Below are positions 27,753-41,173 of a DNA stretch of 64,000 bases, one piece after another. The position numbers and the translations under genes were made by a program. Within the stretch, counting starts at the first letter, position 1; the number at the start of each line of letters is the position of its first letter. The notes beneath the pieces were generated by a model, which worked only from the letters and a program-made list of their open reading frames with translations, ran no database searches and was not told the DNA's origin. This stretch comes from Eledone cirrhosa. Lineage: Eukaryota. The stretch lies in NCBI GenBank assembly GCA_964016885.1, contig OZ024742.1, forward strand, positions 82,646,001 to 82,710,000, given 5' to 3'.

Positions 27753-29024
27753 AGAGAGAGAGAGAATAAATTGATTCAAACGTCACCAAATCTTAAAGAA
27801 CACATGGTATACATTCAATGTGTCTCAAGGTTTTCAAAGTAATGTATCATCCACAAATACTTTGCAAATTATTTGCATTGTTTTCAATCTATTGCATTAT
27901 CCACATTATTCAAATATTTATGGCACACGATTTGCTAGACTACAGAGAAAGCATTTGTTCTAAATCTTTGCTCGTCTTATGTCAGTATGCAAGGGATAAA
28001 ACCATCAATGTCTGTCGGCGTTCAAAGAGCCGAAATCTAATATATCTGTGTGTTGTTTGTCGGGGGATTAATTCTTATTTCCAGTAATGTCAACATACGT
28101 TTATTCTCTTGAATGTTGCTATGAAATAAATCTAATAAACAATATTAACGAAAAAATATTTAACAATACGATCATTAATAAAGAATGTTGTAAACAATAT
28201 TGCTAGTTATTTCTTTCCGAGCATGTGTTTACCCACAACTGCATTTCAAGTGATATAGAATATATTGCTAATGGGCACATTTGAAGGTGTAAATGACATT
28301 AGTTATAGATTGTTTATATCATTTTGAGTGTTTTTGATTTTTCTCAATTCATCAAACATTCTCGAGATAACTATTTGTAAATGGGCGACAATTTTCATAC
28401 GTTACACATTAGCTATGCTAGAGCTTTGCGTGAATATTCTAGCTTTCTTATATCAAAGATAGTTGCATCTTAGGAATTTACTAAACACCTTTCTTTTATT
28501 TCTATTCTTAAGGCGATTATGAAATTATTTAAATAATACATTCGACAAATTGAGAAATTTATACTGCCTCAACGTTTCCATCATTCTACTTAACATTCAT
28601 TTTTCTAACGGCTCAACGACCCTGAATGTTATTTAAATCATAGTGTCAGTTACCTAAATTAATTTATTTTTATTCAAACATATCTATTATACCATTACAC
28701 TAGACAGACACAAGGAGAGACAAGAATGGCGCCGTATCTCAGTCAGAAAGTCAAATGGAATTATTAAATGATCTTTCATGCCTACGAAAAGCTACTTGTA
28801 ATGACATATTTAATATAAAGCTATCCTTTGACTATATCCGTTGTTATGCATACTAAGTTAGCCATCTCATAAGAGGACCATAAGACATCACATTCAAAAG
28901 GGATGTCTTCATTGTTTGCACCCGTCTCTTTACACACATTCGCAATTATTTAAAGAAATACATCGATATATTTAGATACATACGCACGCGCGTCCACACA
29001 AACACAAACAAACACACACGCACA

Positions 29025-29120
<96 letters not shown>

Positions 29121-29138
29121 CAGTACAATGTATATATA

Positions 29139-29830
29139 TAGTACATAGTTCCTTTGTCAGTGTTGAACAAACGAGCAACGATGGTTTCTAGACACTACGG
29201 CTTAATACGGGATGTTTGTTTACAAACACACCGAGCATTATAATAAATGTTCGGTGAATCCATACGTACATATATATATGTGTGCATGTATGTATATATA
29301 TATACATACTACTGTACGTCTGTATACATATATGTATGTACGTGTACATACTTATATTTAAGTAACATCCGTACTAAGAGTGGGAAATGAAATTTCGTTT
29401 CATTTTTCCGTTTATCGTTTTCGGTGCACCCGGCCGATTAACCCACTCGATATGGAAATTGGGCTACTCAGCCGTTAATATGCATAAGGTAAGTATATAC
29501 GGTCAACAATCTGGCAGGAAGGTATACGTTGCTGACGATAGCTAATAAGCTTGAAACTAGTACAGCGTTCCTTTTGTCAGTGTTGAACAAACGAGCAACG
29601 ATGGTTGCTAGACACTACGGCATAATACGTGATGTTTGTTTACAAACACACCGAGCATTATAATAAATGTTCGGTGAATCCATACGTACATATATATATG
29701 TGTGCATGTATGTATATATATATACATACTACTGTACGTCTGTATACATATATGTATGTACGTGTACATACTTATATTTAAGTAACAGCCGTACGAAGAG
29801 TGGGAAATGAAATTTCGTTTCATTTTTTCC

Positions 29831-29835
<5 letters not shown>
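29139..29835 (+). mobile_element. Family B tandem HHR repeat (period 420 bp)
   Basis: GTCAGTGTTGAACAAACGAGCAACG at 29156 and 29576; near-identical units. Confidence 0.85.
29526..29568 (+). ncRNA. Minimal type-I hammerhead ribozyme (family B)
   Basis: ACGTTG CTGACGA tAGCTaataAGCTt GAAA CTAG TA CAGCGT; stem I differs from other copies on both strands but still pairs (U-G). Confidence 0.82.
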
Positions 29836-29866
<31 letters not shown>

Positions 29867-29897
29867 AAATCAAAATGATGGTTAAAAGAGTTCCATG

Positions 29898-29968
29898 TAT
29901 TTTATTATGCGCATTTCAAAAACAAATATCATCATGGGATGATATTTGCGTTCTCATCAGATAAAATA
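29898..29968 (-). ncRNA. Type-I hammerhead ribozyme in the left pLTR
   Basis: Reverse complement: TATTTTAT CTGATGA [long stem II CAAATATCAT/ATGATATTTG] GAAA TGCGCA TA ATAAAATA. Confidence 0.88.
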
Positions 29969-30825
29969 GGGAGACATGATTTGAAGCTTAAAAAAAACTT
30001 GCCAGCAGTGAAGTGTTAAATCAACATATGAAAAATAAAATAAGATGGATATATGAGATCGGAAAAAAGGAAAGGAAGGGGGGAAGGAAAAGGTAAGGAA
30101 GAGGAAGAAAGAATACAGATAGAAGAAAAAATAATAATAATAATAAGGGGAGGATGACGGAGGAGGAGTAAAAGAAGGAAGGATGAGAGAGGAGGAGAAA
30201 GTGAGTGAGAGAGAGAGAGATAACCTTTAATACTGCGAAACACTGTCTCACAGAGAAAAATTTTAAAAAATCGTTGTAAGATAATACATAATTTAAGAAA
30301 AATTAAGAAATTAAAATTTAATGAGGTTTATGAATGGTGATGCTTATGATTAAAGAAAAAGGAATTAAGAATACTATTTAGTTAAGGTTTATATATTAAA
30401 GGGTTTAATAAGATGTGCGAAAATGAATTTATTAAAATATATTATTAAAATAAAATATATTAAGAAGATTAGGTGAATGAATATAAGGTTAAATGAATTA
30501 TGAACTTAGAGGAGTTAATTAGGGTCCAAGTTTGTTTCTATATATTGTAATAGGAAAAAGTAAATAATAGATTTAAAACGAGCACGGAAGGATAGAAGAT
30601 AGAAAAAATTGAAGGAAGAAAAAATATATTACGTCAAAAAAATATGTTTTCTGTAATGTTAATATTAGTATATATTAAAAATAAAGATTTGTATGGCCGG
30701 GAATATAAGGAAAAGGCTATAGTGAGTTATAAGATGAATTAAGAAATAATTGAGAAGTTGCAGATTAAAGATTAGAAATTAAAAAAGAAGAAAATTAGGT
30801 GACCGCTAACGAAATAGTATGAGTA

Positions 30826-32661
30826 ATGTATAATATACTTTCGAACAACTTTCGAACTGAATTGCCTGTTAGACTACTCGCCCTCTCTAAATCCGATCTG
30901 GGGGATGTTAGTAATTCCATCTTGGATAGAATTATCCCACAGGTTCGGTCTAATTGCTCTATTTCTAACTTAAATGTATGGATTGGTACATCTGATCTAA
31001 TTGACTGGTTCAATGACCTGAATAACAAAAACAAACACAAATGTATTCAGTCTGACATTGCCAGTTACTATTCTTCTATTTCGCCTTCACTCCTCAACAA
31101 CGTTCTCTCTTTTGCATTTAAATATTCTGACATCACCACAGATGAACTGTACATCATTCTCACCACAAGAAAAACTATCCTGGAATTCAACAACTAATAT
31201 TGGACTAGAGCTGATACTTCCAACAATTTTTATATCACGATGGGTTCGTCGGATTCAGCGCAATTGACGGACTTGATTTAAATCTTTATTTTGAATTCTT
31301 TAAATCGGAAAATTCCTCAACTTCGCGTTTGAATTTATCGTGACGATGCCCTTTTTACCGTCTTAAACTGTAACTTAGTTAACCTTAATATTATTAAGAA
31401 TAATATACTTGATCTATTGAAGCACCATAACCTAAAAATTGAATTTGAAAACAACAACAAACTAGCTAACTTCCTGGATATATCCCTTCATCTTGACACC
31501 GGCCTATATTACCCTTACCATAAAGTCAATGAGAATCTAAATTATGTTAATTTTAAATATAACCACCCTATTAACGTTAAAAATGCTATAATCAGTAATG
31601 TTGAAAAAATAATCTCAAATATATCTTCTAATAAACTTATCTTTGATGCTAAAGCCAATTACTACAACAATGCGCTTTCCAGAGCCGGTCATCCTGACAA
31701 AATTAAATACAGTAAAGAAACCAATAATCGAGGAACTTATAGTAATATAGTTAGTTATAAGCATTCAAATAGCATAAAGAAAAGACCTAGATATAAAAAT
31801 ATGATTTGGTACAACGCTCCTTTTTCTCTATCTATTATTAGTAATATTCCTAAACTATTTTTTAGGGCCTTAGAGAAATACTTCCCTTCTTCACATATTT
31901 ATAGTAAGATCTTCAATAAGGATACAATTAAATTCTCTTATTCCATCACTTCCAACATCTCTAGCATTATCTCAAAACATAATAATAAAATATTAAATAA
32001 TAAATCATATCCATCAAACCCTGAGCGTCATAATAATAGCAATAGTAAGCCCGACGTCAATGTTAACTCTAGGCTAGATTCCGTAAATTTAAATACGATG
32101 TCAAACGTAACTTTGTCGAATGTTTATAATACCAATCTAAATCAGGAAAACTTAGCACCTATCGTAAGTAACTTCTCCAAATCAATTCCTTCTATAAATA
32201 ATACTGGGTCACTTGCTAATAACTCTGGTAATCTCTCTACTCGTAATTGCAATTGCCCTATTAGAACTAAATGTCCTCTTAGTAATCAATGTCTTGATAA
32301 CAATTTAGTGTATGAATGTAAGGTCATAACTGGTACCAATTCTTTTACCTTTATTTGTTCCTCTTCTACTTCCTTTAAAGCAAGATTTTATAATCACAAT
32401 TCCTCGTTTAAATACCAACTTAAAAAAACTAACACGGCACTCTCAGAACTCATATGGTCCTTAACTGACAAAAATATTAACTACAACATTTCTTGGAGGA
32501 AGGTTTGCAACGCCTCTCCTTACCTTAATTCTTCCCTATCTAGAACATGTAATCTCTGCCTAGCGGAGAAATTTACCATTATCTCTAATTTTAATTCTAT
32601 CATGAATAGACGAACGGATTTGCATAAATCCCATAGAACATTCCATAAAGTATACAGCTAA
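30826..32661 (+). pseudogene. PLE RT + Asn-rich linker + GIY-YIG ORF with stops
   Basis: DIASYYSSI, TMGSSDSA, YRDD (~31336), NFLDISL, WYNAPFS, CNC...CPL...CL...VY, FKARFYNH, TALSELIW, CNLCLAEK. Confidence 0.9.
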
Positions 32662-32916
32662 TATCTTACTACCTAATTAGTTTAAAATCTCCTTTTCTCA
32701 AACGCTTTTATATCCTTTACAAATATACCCATCTTTCTACCTTTTTCAGTATATTATACAATATTACTCATACTATTTCGTTAGCGGTTACCTAATTTTC
32801 TTCTTTTTTTAATTTCTAATCTTTAATCTGCAACTTCTCAATTACTTCTTAATTCATCTTATAACGCACTATAGCATTTTCCTTATATTCTCGGCCATAC
32901 AAATCTTTAGTTTTAA

Positions 32917-33765
32917 TCTATATATTAATTTCAACAATGTCATTATTCCGTGTCATAATTCTTGGTTATCATTGGTTCATAGATTTCAAACGACTCCGCC
33001 CACCTCAACGACGCCAAACTTAAATTAATATGCATAATGCCAATGAGGGAGTTAGAGGGGAGAGTTAGAAACAGAGAGGCTAACTGAACGCTGTAACTAT
33101 TACCATGTGTGCGTGTGTATGTACGTGTGCGTATGTTTATGTGTGTGTGCGTGCAGCGTTCCGCAGAAAATAAAAGCAATTCGACTTTATCAAACAGTAA
33201 ACTACAGCGGTGACGGCGTACAGCCATGAATGAAGAAAAACGGGCCGAAAAGCGACATCGGAACGCCGAAATTCAGAGGCGAAGACGTGCCGCCACGAAT
33301 GAAGATGAGCTGGCTGAACAACGCCAACGAAACACTGGAACCAAGCAGCGACGGCGTGCTGCCATGGTTGAAGACGAACTGGCCGATCATCATCTTTTAT
33401 ATTAATTATCTATATCTATATCTACATATAATATAACAGATTGGAACTTCCATCATCCTTTTGAGAAACGCGGAAAAGCCACGTCTACGCAATGATACAT
33501 GTTTTACAGTCAGGCAGAAGATGAACCATCTCCTAGAGGTCACTATTCTAGGTGGGAGCACCTAGAATTGTCCATATACTATGCACAAACGGTACTACGA
33601 AGAATCTGGTATATCTGGAAGATTTTTTTTACTGTTTTTTGTATCACACAAACACCACGGACTCGCCTCATACTGTAACCAGACAAACACCCAATAGTCA
33701 TTTTCTCTTTTACCTGTCTTCTGTTATCATCTGTTTACCCGGGCGAAGCTGGGTACGTCAGCTAG
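32917..33765 (+). mobile_element. Non-autonomous Helitron inserted in the right pLTR
   Basis: A|TC at 32917; hairpin ACCCGGGCGAAGCTGGGT; CTAG|T at 33762-33765; the left pLTR shows the empty site TTTTAA|TATATACT with no TSD. Confidence 0.88.
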
Positions 33766-34474
33766 TGTATACTAATATTACCATTAGAGAAAATTTGTAA
33801 ACATATTTTTTTAACGTTTTATATTTTTTCTTCCTTGAATTCTTTTCTTTTTTCTACCCTTCCCTGCTCGTATTAAATCTATTATTTACTTTTTCCTATT
33901 ACCATATATAGAAAGAAACTTGGACCCTAATTAACTCCTCTAAGTTCATAATTCATTTAATCTTATCTTCATTCACCTTATCTTAATAAATTTTATTTTA
34001 ATAATACATTTTAATAAATTCCTTTTCGCACATCTTATTAAACCCTTCAATATATAAACCTTAAATAAATAGTATTCTTAATTGCTTTTTCTTTAATCAT
34101 AAGCATCACCATTCATAAACCTCATTAACTTTTTATTTTTTTATTTTTTTTATTTATGTATTATCTTACAACGTTTTATTTTTATTTTTCTCTGTGAGAC
34201 AGTGTTTCTCAGTATTAAAGGTTATCTCTCCCTCTCTCTCACTCATTTTCTCCTCCTCTCTCATCCTTCCTTCTTATACTCCTCCTCCGTCATCCTTTCA
34301 TTATGATTATTTTTTTTCTTCTATCTATATTCTTTCTTCCTCTTCCTTACCTTTTCCTTCCCCCCTTCCTTTCCTTTTTTCCAATCTCATGTATCCATCT
34401 TATGTTATTTTTCATATGTTGATTTAACATTTCACTGCTGGCAAGAGTTTTTTAAGCTTCATATCATGTTTCCC

Positions 34475-34545
34475 TATTGTATCTGATGAGAACGCAAATA
34501 TCATCTCATAATGATATTTGTTTTTGAAATGCGCATAATAAAATA
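34475..34545 (+). ncRNA. Type-I hammerhead ribozyme in the right pLTR
   Basis: CTGATGA 34483-34489; GAAA 34526-34529; TGCGCA TA ATAAAATA. Confidence 0.85.
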
Positions 34546-34689
34546 CATGGAACTCTTTTAAGCATCTTTTCATTTTATATTATTTATACTCCAATCCTAT
34601 TGAGTGCTACTTATCCGATATTTGCATTGCTTTATTGTGCTACACTAAAACTCACTTCCTACATATATATATAAATATATATATATATA

Positions 34690-34825
34690 AAATACGAAGT
34701 TTGTTTTATAAATAGAAACATACCCATGAAAATCACATACACACACACGCACACCCACACACACATACACACACACATATATATATATTTGTGTGTGCGT
34801 GTGCATATATATATGTGTGTGTGTA

Positions 34826-34857
<32 letters not shown>

Positions 34858-35753
34858 ATGGAAAAAATTGAACAGGGACAAAACAGAGAGGCAGTACAAC
34901 GAATGTTTATTAATTTCACGCTCTGGAGAGTGGGGTGTTGGTGAGGGACGACGTTTCCTCAGGTGAGAAGTGTGTGGGAACAGAGTTTAAAGGGTGTGTA
35001 GGGGAGTGGTGGAGAGACATATAGCGAAAGGAAACGGTGCGAATGAAAAAAATAAAAATAAAAATAAAGCATGATCAAAATACAAGGAATGAAATAAATT
35101 TAAACAAAAAAGCATGATCAAAATAAACTGAAATTAAAAGGGGGTAAAACAGGAGGTGGAAGGGTGTAGGGTGTGTAGGGGTGGTGGCGGGTGGAGTGGG
35201 GAGAGGGAGACGGGGTGTCCGAGCGGGGAGGGTTGAAGGTGGTGTGTGTGTGTAGGTGTACGTGTGTGTGTGTGTGTGTATGTGAAAGTAAGGGTTGGGG
35301 AAGAACGGGGTTGCATGTTCAGGAAGAGGTGGGGGGGTCGGAGTGTTTGTGCGTGTGTGGATAGAGGGGGGGGGGAGGAATCAGGAGGCTGAGGGTGTAA
35401 ATATGTGGTGGAAAGCACGTGTGTGTGGGGTTTAAGCGTGTTGTGGGTGTAGGTAGCGTGTGGAGAAAAACATTTTCTGGGGTGTGTGTGTGGGTGAGTT
35501 ATATAGGTGATTACGTAAGAGGATGGTTGAAAAGTTGGTAAAATCCGAAGGTGTTTAGTGGATTCTGTGTGTATATATATATATATGTGTGTGTGTGTGT
35601 GCGTGTGTGTGTGTGTGATTTTCCTGGGTGTGTCTCTATTTATAAAACAAACTTCGTATTTTATCTGAAGAAAGCGTACCAAAGTGAGTTGGTACCCTAG
35701 AAATATATATAATAAAATAAATATGGTTTTATAAAATTTATTTAATATAATTG

Positions 35754-35787
<34 letters not shown>

Positions 35788-35960
35788 AATATATATATAT
35801 ATATACAATTATATTAAATAAATGGAAACTATATTTATAAAACCATATTTGTTTTATTATATATATTTCAAGGGTACCAAAACACTTTGGTCCGCTTTCT
35901 TCAGATAACATACGAAGATTGTTTTATAAATAGAGACATACCCAGGAAAAGCATACCTTA
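34690..35960. mobile_element. Cluster of pLTR-like pieces: family D (34690-34745, 35610-35755, 35805-35955) around a GT/purine-rich family F element (34860-35570)
   Basis: Family D pieces are mutually inverted, with a related fragment at 49825-49925; family F is homologous to 49945-50655. Confidence 0.7.
35657..35719 (+). ncRNA. Type-I hammerhead ribozyme (family D; mirror copy at 35851-35912, minus strand)
   Basis: TATTTTAT CTGAAGA aagcGTACC...GGTACccta GAAA TATATA TA ATAAAATA. Confidence 0.78.
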
Positions 35961-36678
35961 TCATTTGCATATTCTCTGGATAGTGGAAATGAATTATGGA
36001 TTTGTCAAACTTATGGGTGGATACGCCAATGAATATGTAAATAATTGAAAAGCAACCGTTTATTTAAACGATTATAGAGAGTTTTATATATGATATATGA
36101 TAGTGAGAGAGAGAAGAGAGAAGAGAGAATAGAAGAAGGACAAAAATAGTAAGAGAGAGAGAGAAGAAGGAAAAAAGCGAAGATTAATGAAAAGCTCTTA
36201 TAACGTTAATTTGAGGGAAATATATTCGAACAATTATCTATGTATATATGTAAGTATATATTATAGTATGTGTATTTATATTAAAAGTATATTTTACGAT
36301 CATTAGTTGTTTAAAATTTGTTTATAATATAATATGAGTTACGAGGGATGTTTTTCATTTGTTTTAAATAGATAAATAAATGAAAACATAATAAATGGGT
36401 ATATCATGTTTTAGATAGTTGTTCTAATGAGTTATGAGGGATATTGGTTTTGTATTTTATGTAAATAAATATGTATTTAAAATTGACAATGATTTAAAAT
36501 CAAATTAAATTAAATTAACTGAGTTAAGTAATAATATTTATATTTACATGATTGAAAAGGGAAGATAAGCAAAAAACTCCGACTTTTATTATTTATTCTT
36601 TAGTGTGAGACTATTTAGTCAAAATAAATATGGATGTTTTAGATACATTTAGCCAGAATCAGTTAGTGGTTATTAATC

Positions 36679-36780
36679 TATTGAAAAAATATTGAAAAAA
36701 TATTGAAAAAATATTGAAAAAATATTGAAAAAATATTGAAAATATATTGAAGAAAAATTTTGAAAAAATATTGAAAAAAA
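36679..36780. repeat. 11-bp minisatellite (TATTGAAAAAA)n
   Basis: About 8-9 units read directly. Confidence 0.85.
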
Positions 36781-37095
36781 TTAACTCCAGGATTTTGTTG
36801 AGTGCTCTAAATCAGTTATAATGATTTATATTTATATTTGTCGGATTTCCAACAAATTAAATATCCCTTATACTTATATATATATATATCAGATTATGGG
36901 GTTAATCATACAGAGATGTGCATACCCATGATTCGTAGGAACGTTCAATGTTTATTTTAGGTGTCCTCGTCTGAAAAATTAAGGGTATCATAACCGGTAG
37001 TCCCCAGTGAAATATGTATAAAGGAGTTTTAAATAAACCTGAATCAAATAAATATGGCCTCCGATCCATTATTAATATATATATAAATATATATA

Positions 37096-37226
37096 TTTTA
37101 TTAAAATAACAGATTAAAGTTTAAGCAAAGAATCGCTGCTTTCACCCTTAATAGATCATATATATTTGATATATATTTATCCTTATTGAGCCCTCATTGG
37201 ATTTTAGTCTTCAAATTTATTATTAT

Positions 37227-37230
<4 letters not shown>
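37096..37230. mobile_element. Miniature family E derivative (inverted pLTR end + tail)
   Basis: 37096-37152 matches 57335-57392; 37153-37230 is the reverse complement of 57248-57325. Confidence 0.75.
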
Positions 37231-37284
<54 letters not shown>

Positions 37285-37393
37285 ATTGTAATCTGAATTT
37301 TACGAATATTAATAATAACATTCGATTCGTTTGCAATTATGCAAATAAGCCTCAATTGTATAGCCATGTCAGTAGAATGAACACTTCATTCTT

Positions 37394-38536
37394 AATCTAT
37401 ATGGTATTCCTAAAATGTATTTTGAAATTAATACATTTCTTAAAACTGGATTTTAGTATATTTTATATTTATGAGATGAAAGAATGGTATTTAACTAATG
37501 TAATGGTACGCGATGGGGCCCACCCACAGCCACGGCGAACAGAATGGAGAAGGCGTTTCCCCGGAGGACGGCAAGGGAGACCCGCTGGAAAAGCCACTCC
37601 AACTCGCGGGGCTCACACCTACGACTGGCCAGCTCAGCGCTATGGTGGTGAGTAAGGAGGTAGCCGGGGCCGAGGATACCACAAGTTTCCACTGCCAGGG
37701 GAACGACCGCAAACCCGTCGGAGAGCAACCGGTATTTGAGGAGTTTGGCCCGCTCAGCCCGACGTGCAGCAGAACCTGGGTCAGTCCCAGACTGCACCAG
37801 GTTGTGGTTGCAGAAAGTGTCGGTTCAAGTGGCATCTCAGACGAGGGGTTTGCCACCGCGGGACGGGAAGATGGTCATGCCATCTGGCATTTTGCCGTCC
37901 CCTCGATCCAGCCCCACCGGTTTGAGCGCCCCCTCGGGAAGCCTGCAGCGTCCAAGCCATGCTTAATGACCTCGTTGAGGGCAGTATGGCGTGGAATGCG
38001 GCCGTTATTGTTGCGACAGGAAAGCGGGTGGAGGCCGAAAAAATACACGGTGGAACCGAAGCGACATTGATGTGGCTGGCAGATCCGGATGCCGAGCCTC
38101 AGGGAAACGCCGATTCGCAGGCTACGGCTGTCTAGCTGCGTGCCAGTGGAGAAGGAGAGCAGGGCATGGAGCCAGGCACCATTGTGGGGTTTGAGGCCGC
38201 ACGAAAACAAGCAAGGCGGTGCTGGTCGAGCTGGCCCATGAGCCTGTCTGAGGCCAGGCTGCACTGGACGGCATCCCATGTGCGTTGGGGGAACTTGACG
38301 TCAACAGGGTGAGAAGGAGGAGGGACGTCTACTGGGCTAAGTCCCAGCTGGTCCCACGTCTCACAGGCGGCCTCACGTTCTCTGAACCCAGAGGGTTCTG
38401 TTGCGTTTTGAAGAACCCTGCTGACGAGGACGCGGCACGAGGTTACCGACGAAAGATACGCCGCAAAAGCTAATGAGATCGGGGACCTGAGGCCTAGGCC
38501 GCCATAACCGACCAGTAAAGTGGCCTGTTGCCATCC
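37394..38536 (-). mobile_element. CRE-clade RLE non-LTR retrotransposon 3' fragment
   Basis: GAWLHAL...LRIGVSLRLG...HPLSC...RHTALNEVI; PDG motif; KLLKY...VPLAVETCG; QRVSLAVLRGNA. Confidence 0.85.
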
Positions 38537-39038
38537 TATGTTGGCATGCGAATAGAACTGCAGAGACTAATGTTTCTGGGTATCACCATTCATCAGTACA
38601 TCTCACTGTTCACCTGCCAAACTGTCAGAGTTAGTGAAAATATGTGCTATTTCCGAAAATACACAATGACCCATCGGCCTGATTTGCATATTAGCAGACT
38701 GGCTGATCAGTCTGATCTGCATATTAGAAGATCTATTGATCAGGTAGATTTGCATATCAGCAGACTGGCCAGTCATTTTCCTGTATACGAGCGGTACATG
38801 GCCGGCTTTGCCAAATTCTAAATAAAAAAGAAAATTTCGCTCTACATTGCTGAATACCATAAATGTAATCTGAGTTTTTCGAATATTAATAATAACATAT
38901 CGATTCGTTTGCAATTATGCAAACAAGCCTCAATGTTATAGCCATGTCAGTAGAATGAACACTTCATTGTTGCGTTTATGTTGGCATGCGAACAGAACCG
39001 ACAGTTCACTATCTCTGACAGTTTCGCAGGTGAACAGT

Positions 39039-39088
39039 GAGCTGTACTGATGAAGGGTGATACCCAGAAACTTTAGTGTCTGCAGTTC
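39039..39088 (+). ncRNA. Type-I hammerhead ribozyme (family C; mirror copy at 38555-38604, minus strand)
   Basis: GAGCTGTA CTGATGA aGGGT gat ACCCa GAAA CTTTAGTG TC TGCAGTTC; 8-bp stem I and GUC triplet. Confidence 0.85.
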
Positions 39089-39226
39089 TGTTCTCATCCC
39101 AACAGAAGAGTAAATTGAGCTTGTTTGCATAAATGCAAACGAAACGAATGCTATTATTAATATTCGAAAAACTCAGATTACATTTATTGTATTCATCCAT
39201 GTAGAGCGAAATTTTCTTCTATATAA

Positions 39227-40630
<1,404 letters not shown>

Positions 40631-40639
40631 TTTATATAT

Positions 40640-40751
<112 letters not shown>

Positions 40752-41173
40752 CGTTTCTGAATTTGTTTAGCAAGATTCTTTATCTGAAATCGTGTGTTGA
40801 AACCGATATTGTTATACTTTGGGAGGGTCATGTTGCCAATAAGAAACACACGCACCAGTTGCTTTCACTTCAATTTATTATAATACATTTATAAATTTCT
40901 GGTTGGTTGGTTGGTTCCACAACCAGATAGTTGTTTATATATTGTCAAAGTTCTTTCGTCACACATTGTGTGATCTCTTCAGTGACTGGGGATTCTTTTC
41001 TTTGTTTGTGTGCCTCCCCTTTGTTCTGTCCTACGCCATTTTGTTTATGTGCTCAGTCTGGGCATGCGCCACTTCCGGGTGTCTGTGTGTGTTTATATTT
41101 GTTTATTTATTTGTTTATTTACATGTTACCGGTTGGTTGTTTGTTCTATGTGTGTGTGTGTTTTCATTTTGTC

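Larger units (their letters stand above)
29862..34660 (+). mobile_element. Penelope-like element (YRDD-type, Nematis-like) with ~960-bp inverted pLTRs
   Basis: 29862-30827 is the reverse complement of 32763-34583 once the Helitron insert is removed; RT and GIY-YIG ORF between; 3' tail 34584-34660; (TA)n flanks. Confidence 0.9.
37283..39220 (-). mobile_element. Family C HHR tandem repeat (period ~440 bp) with inverted arm, interrupted by the CRE element
   Basis: ATGTTGGCATGCGAA at 38538 and 38978; 37283-37393 continues the unit; 39010-39220 is inverted; homologous to 52100-52764. Confidence 0.8.

Noticed and set aside
36679-36780. Regularly spaced repeat as a CRISPR-like array
   Set aside because: No spacers; simple 11-bp minisatellite in eukaryotic DNA.
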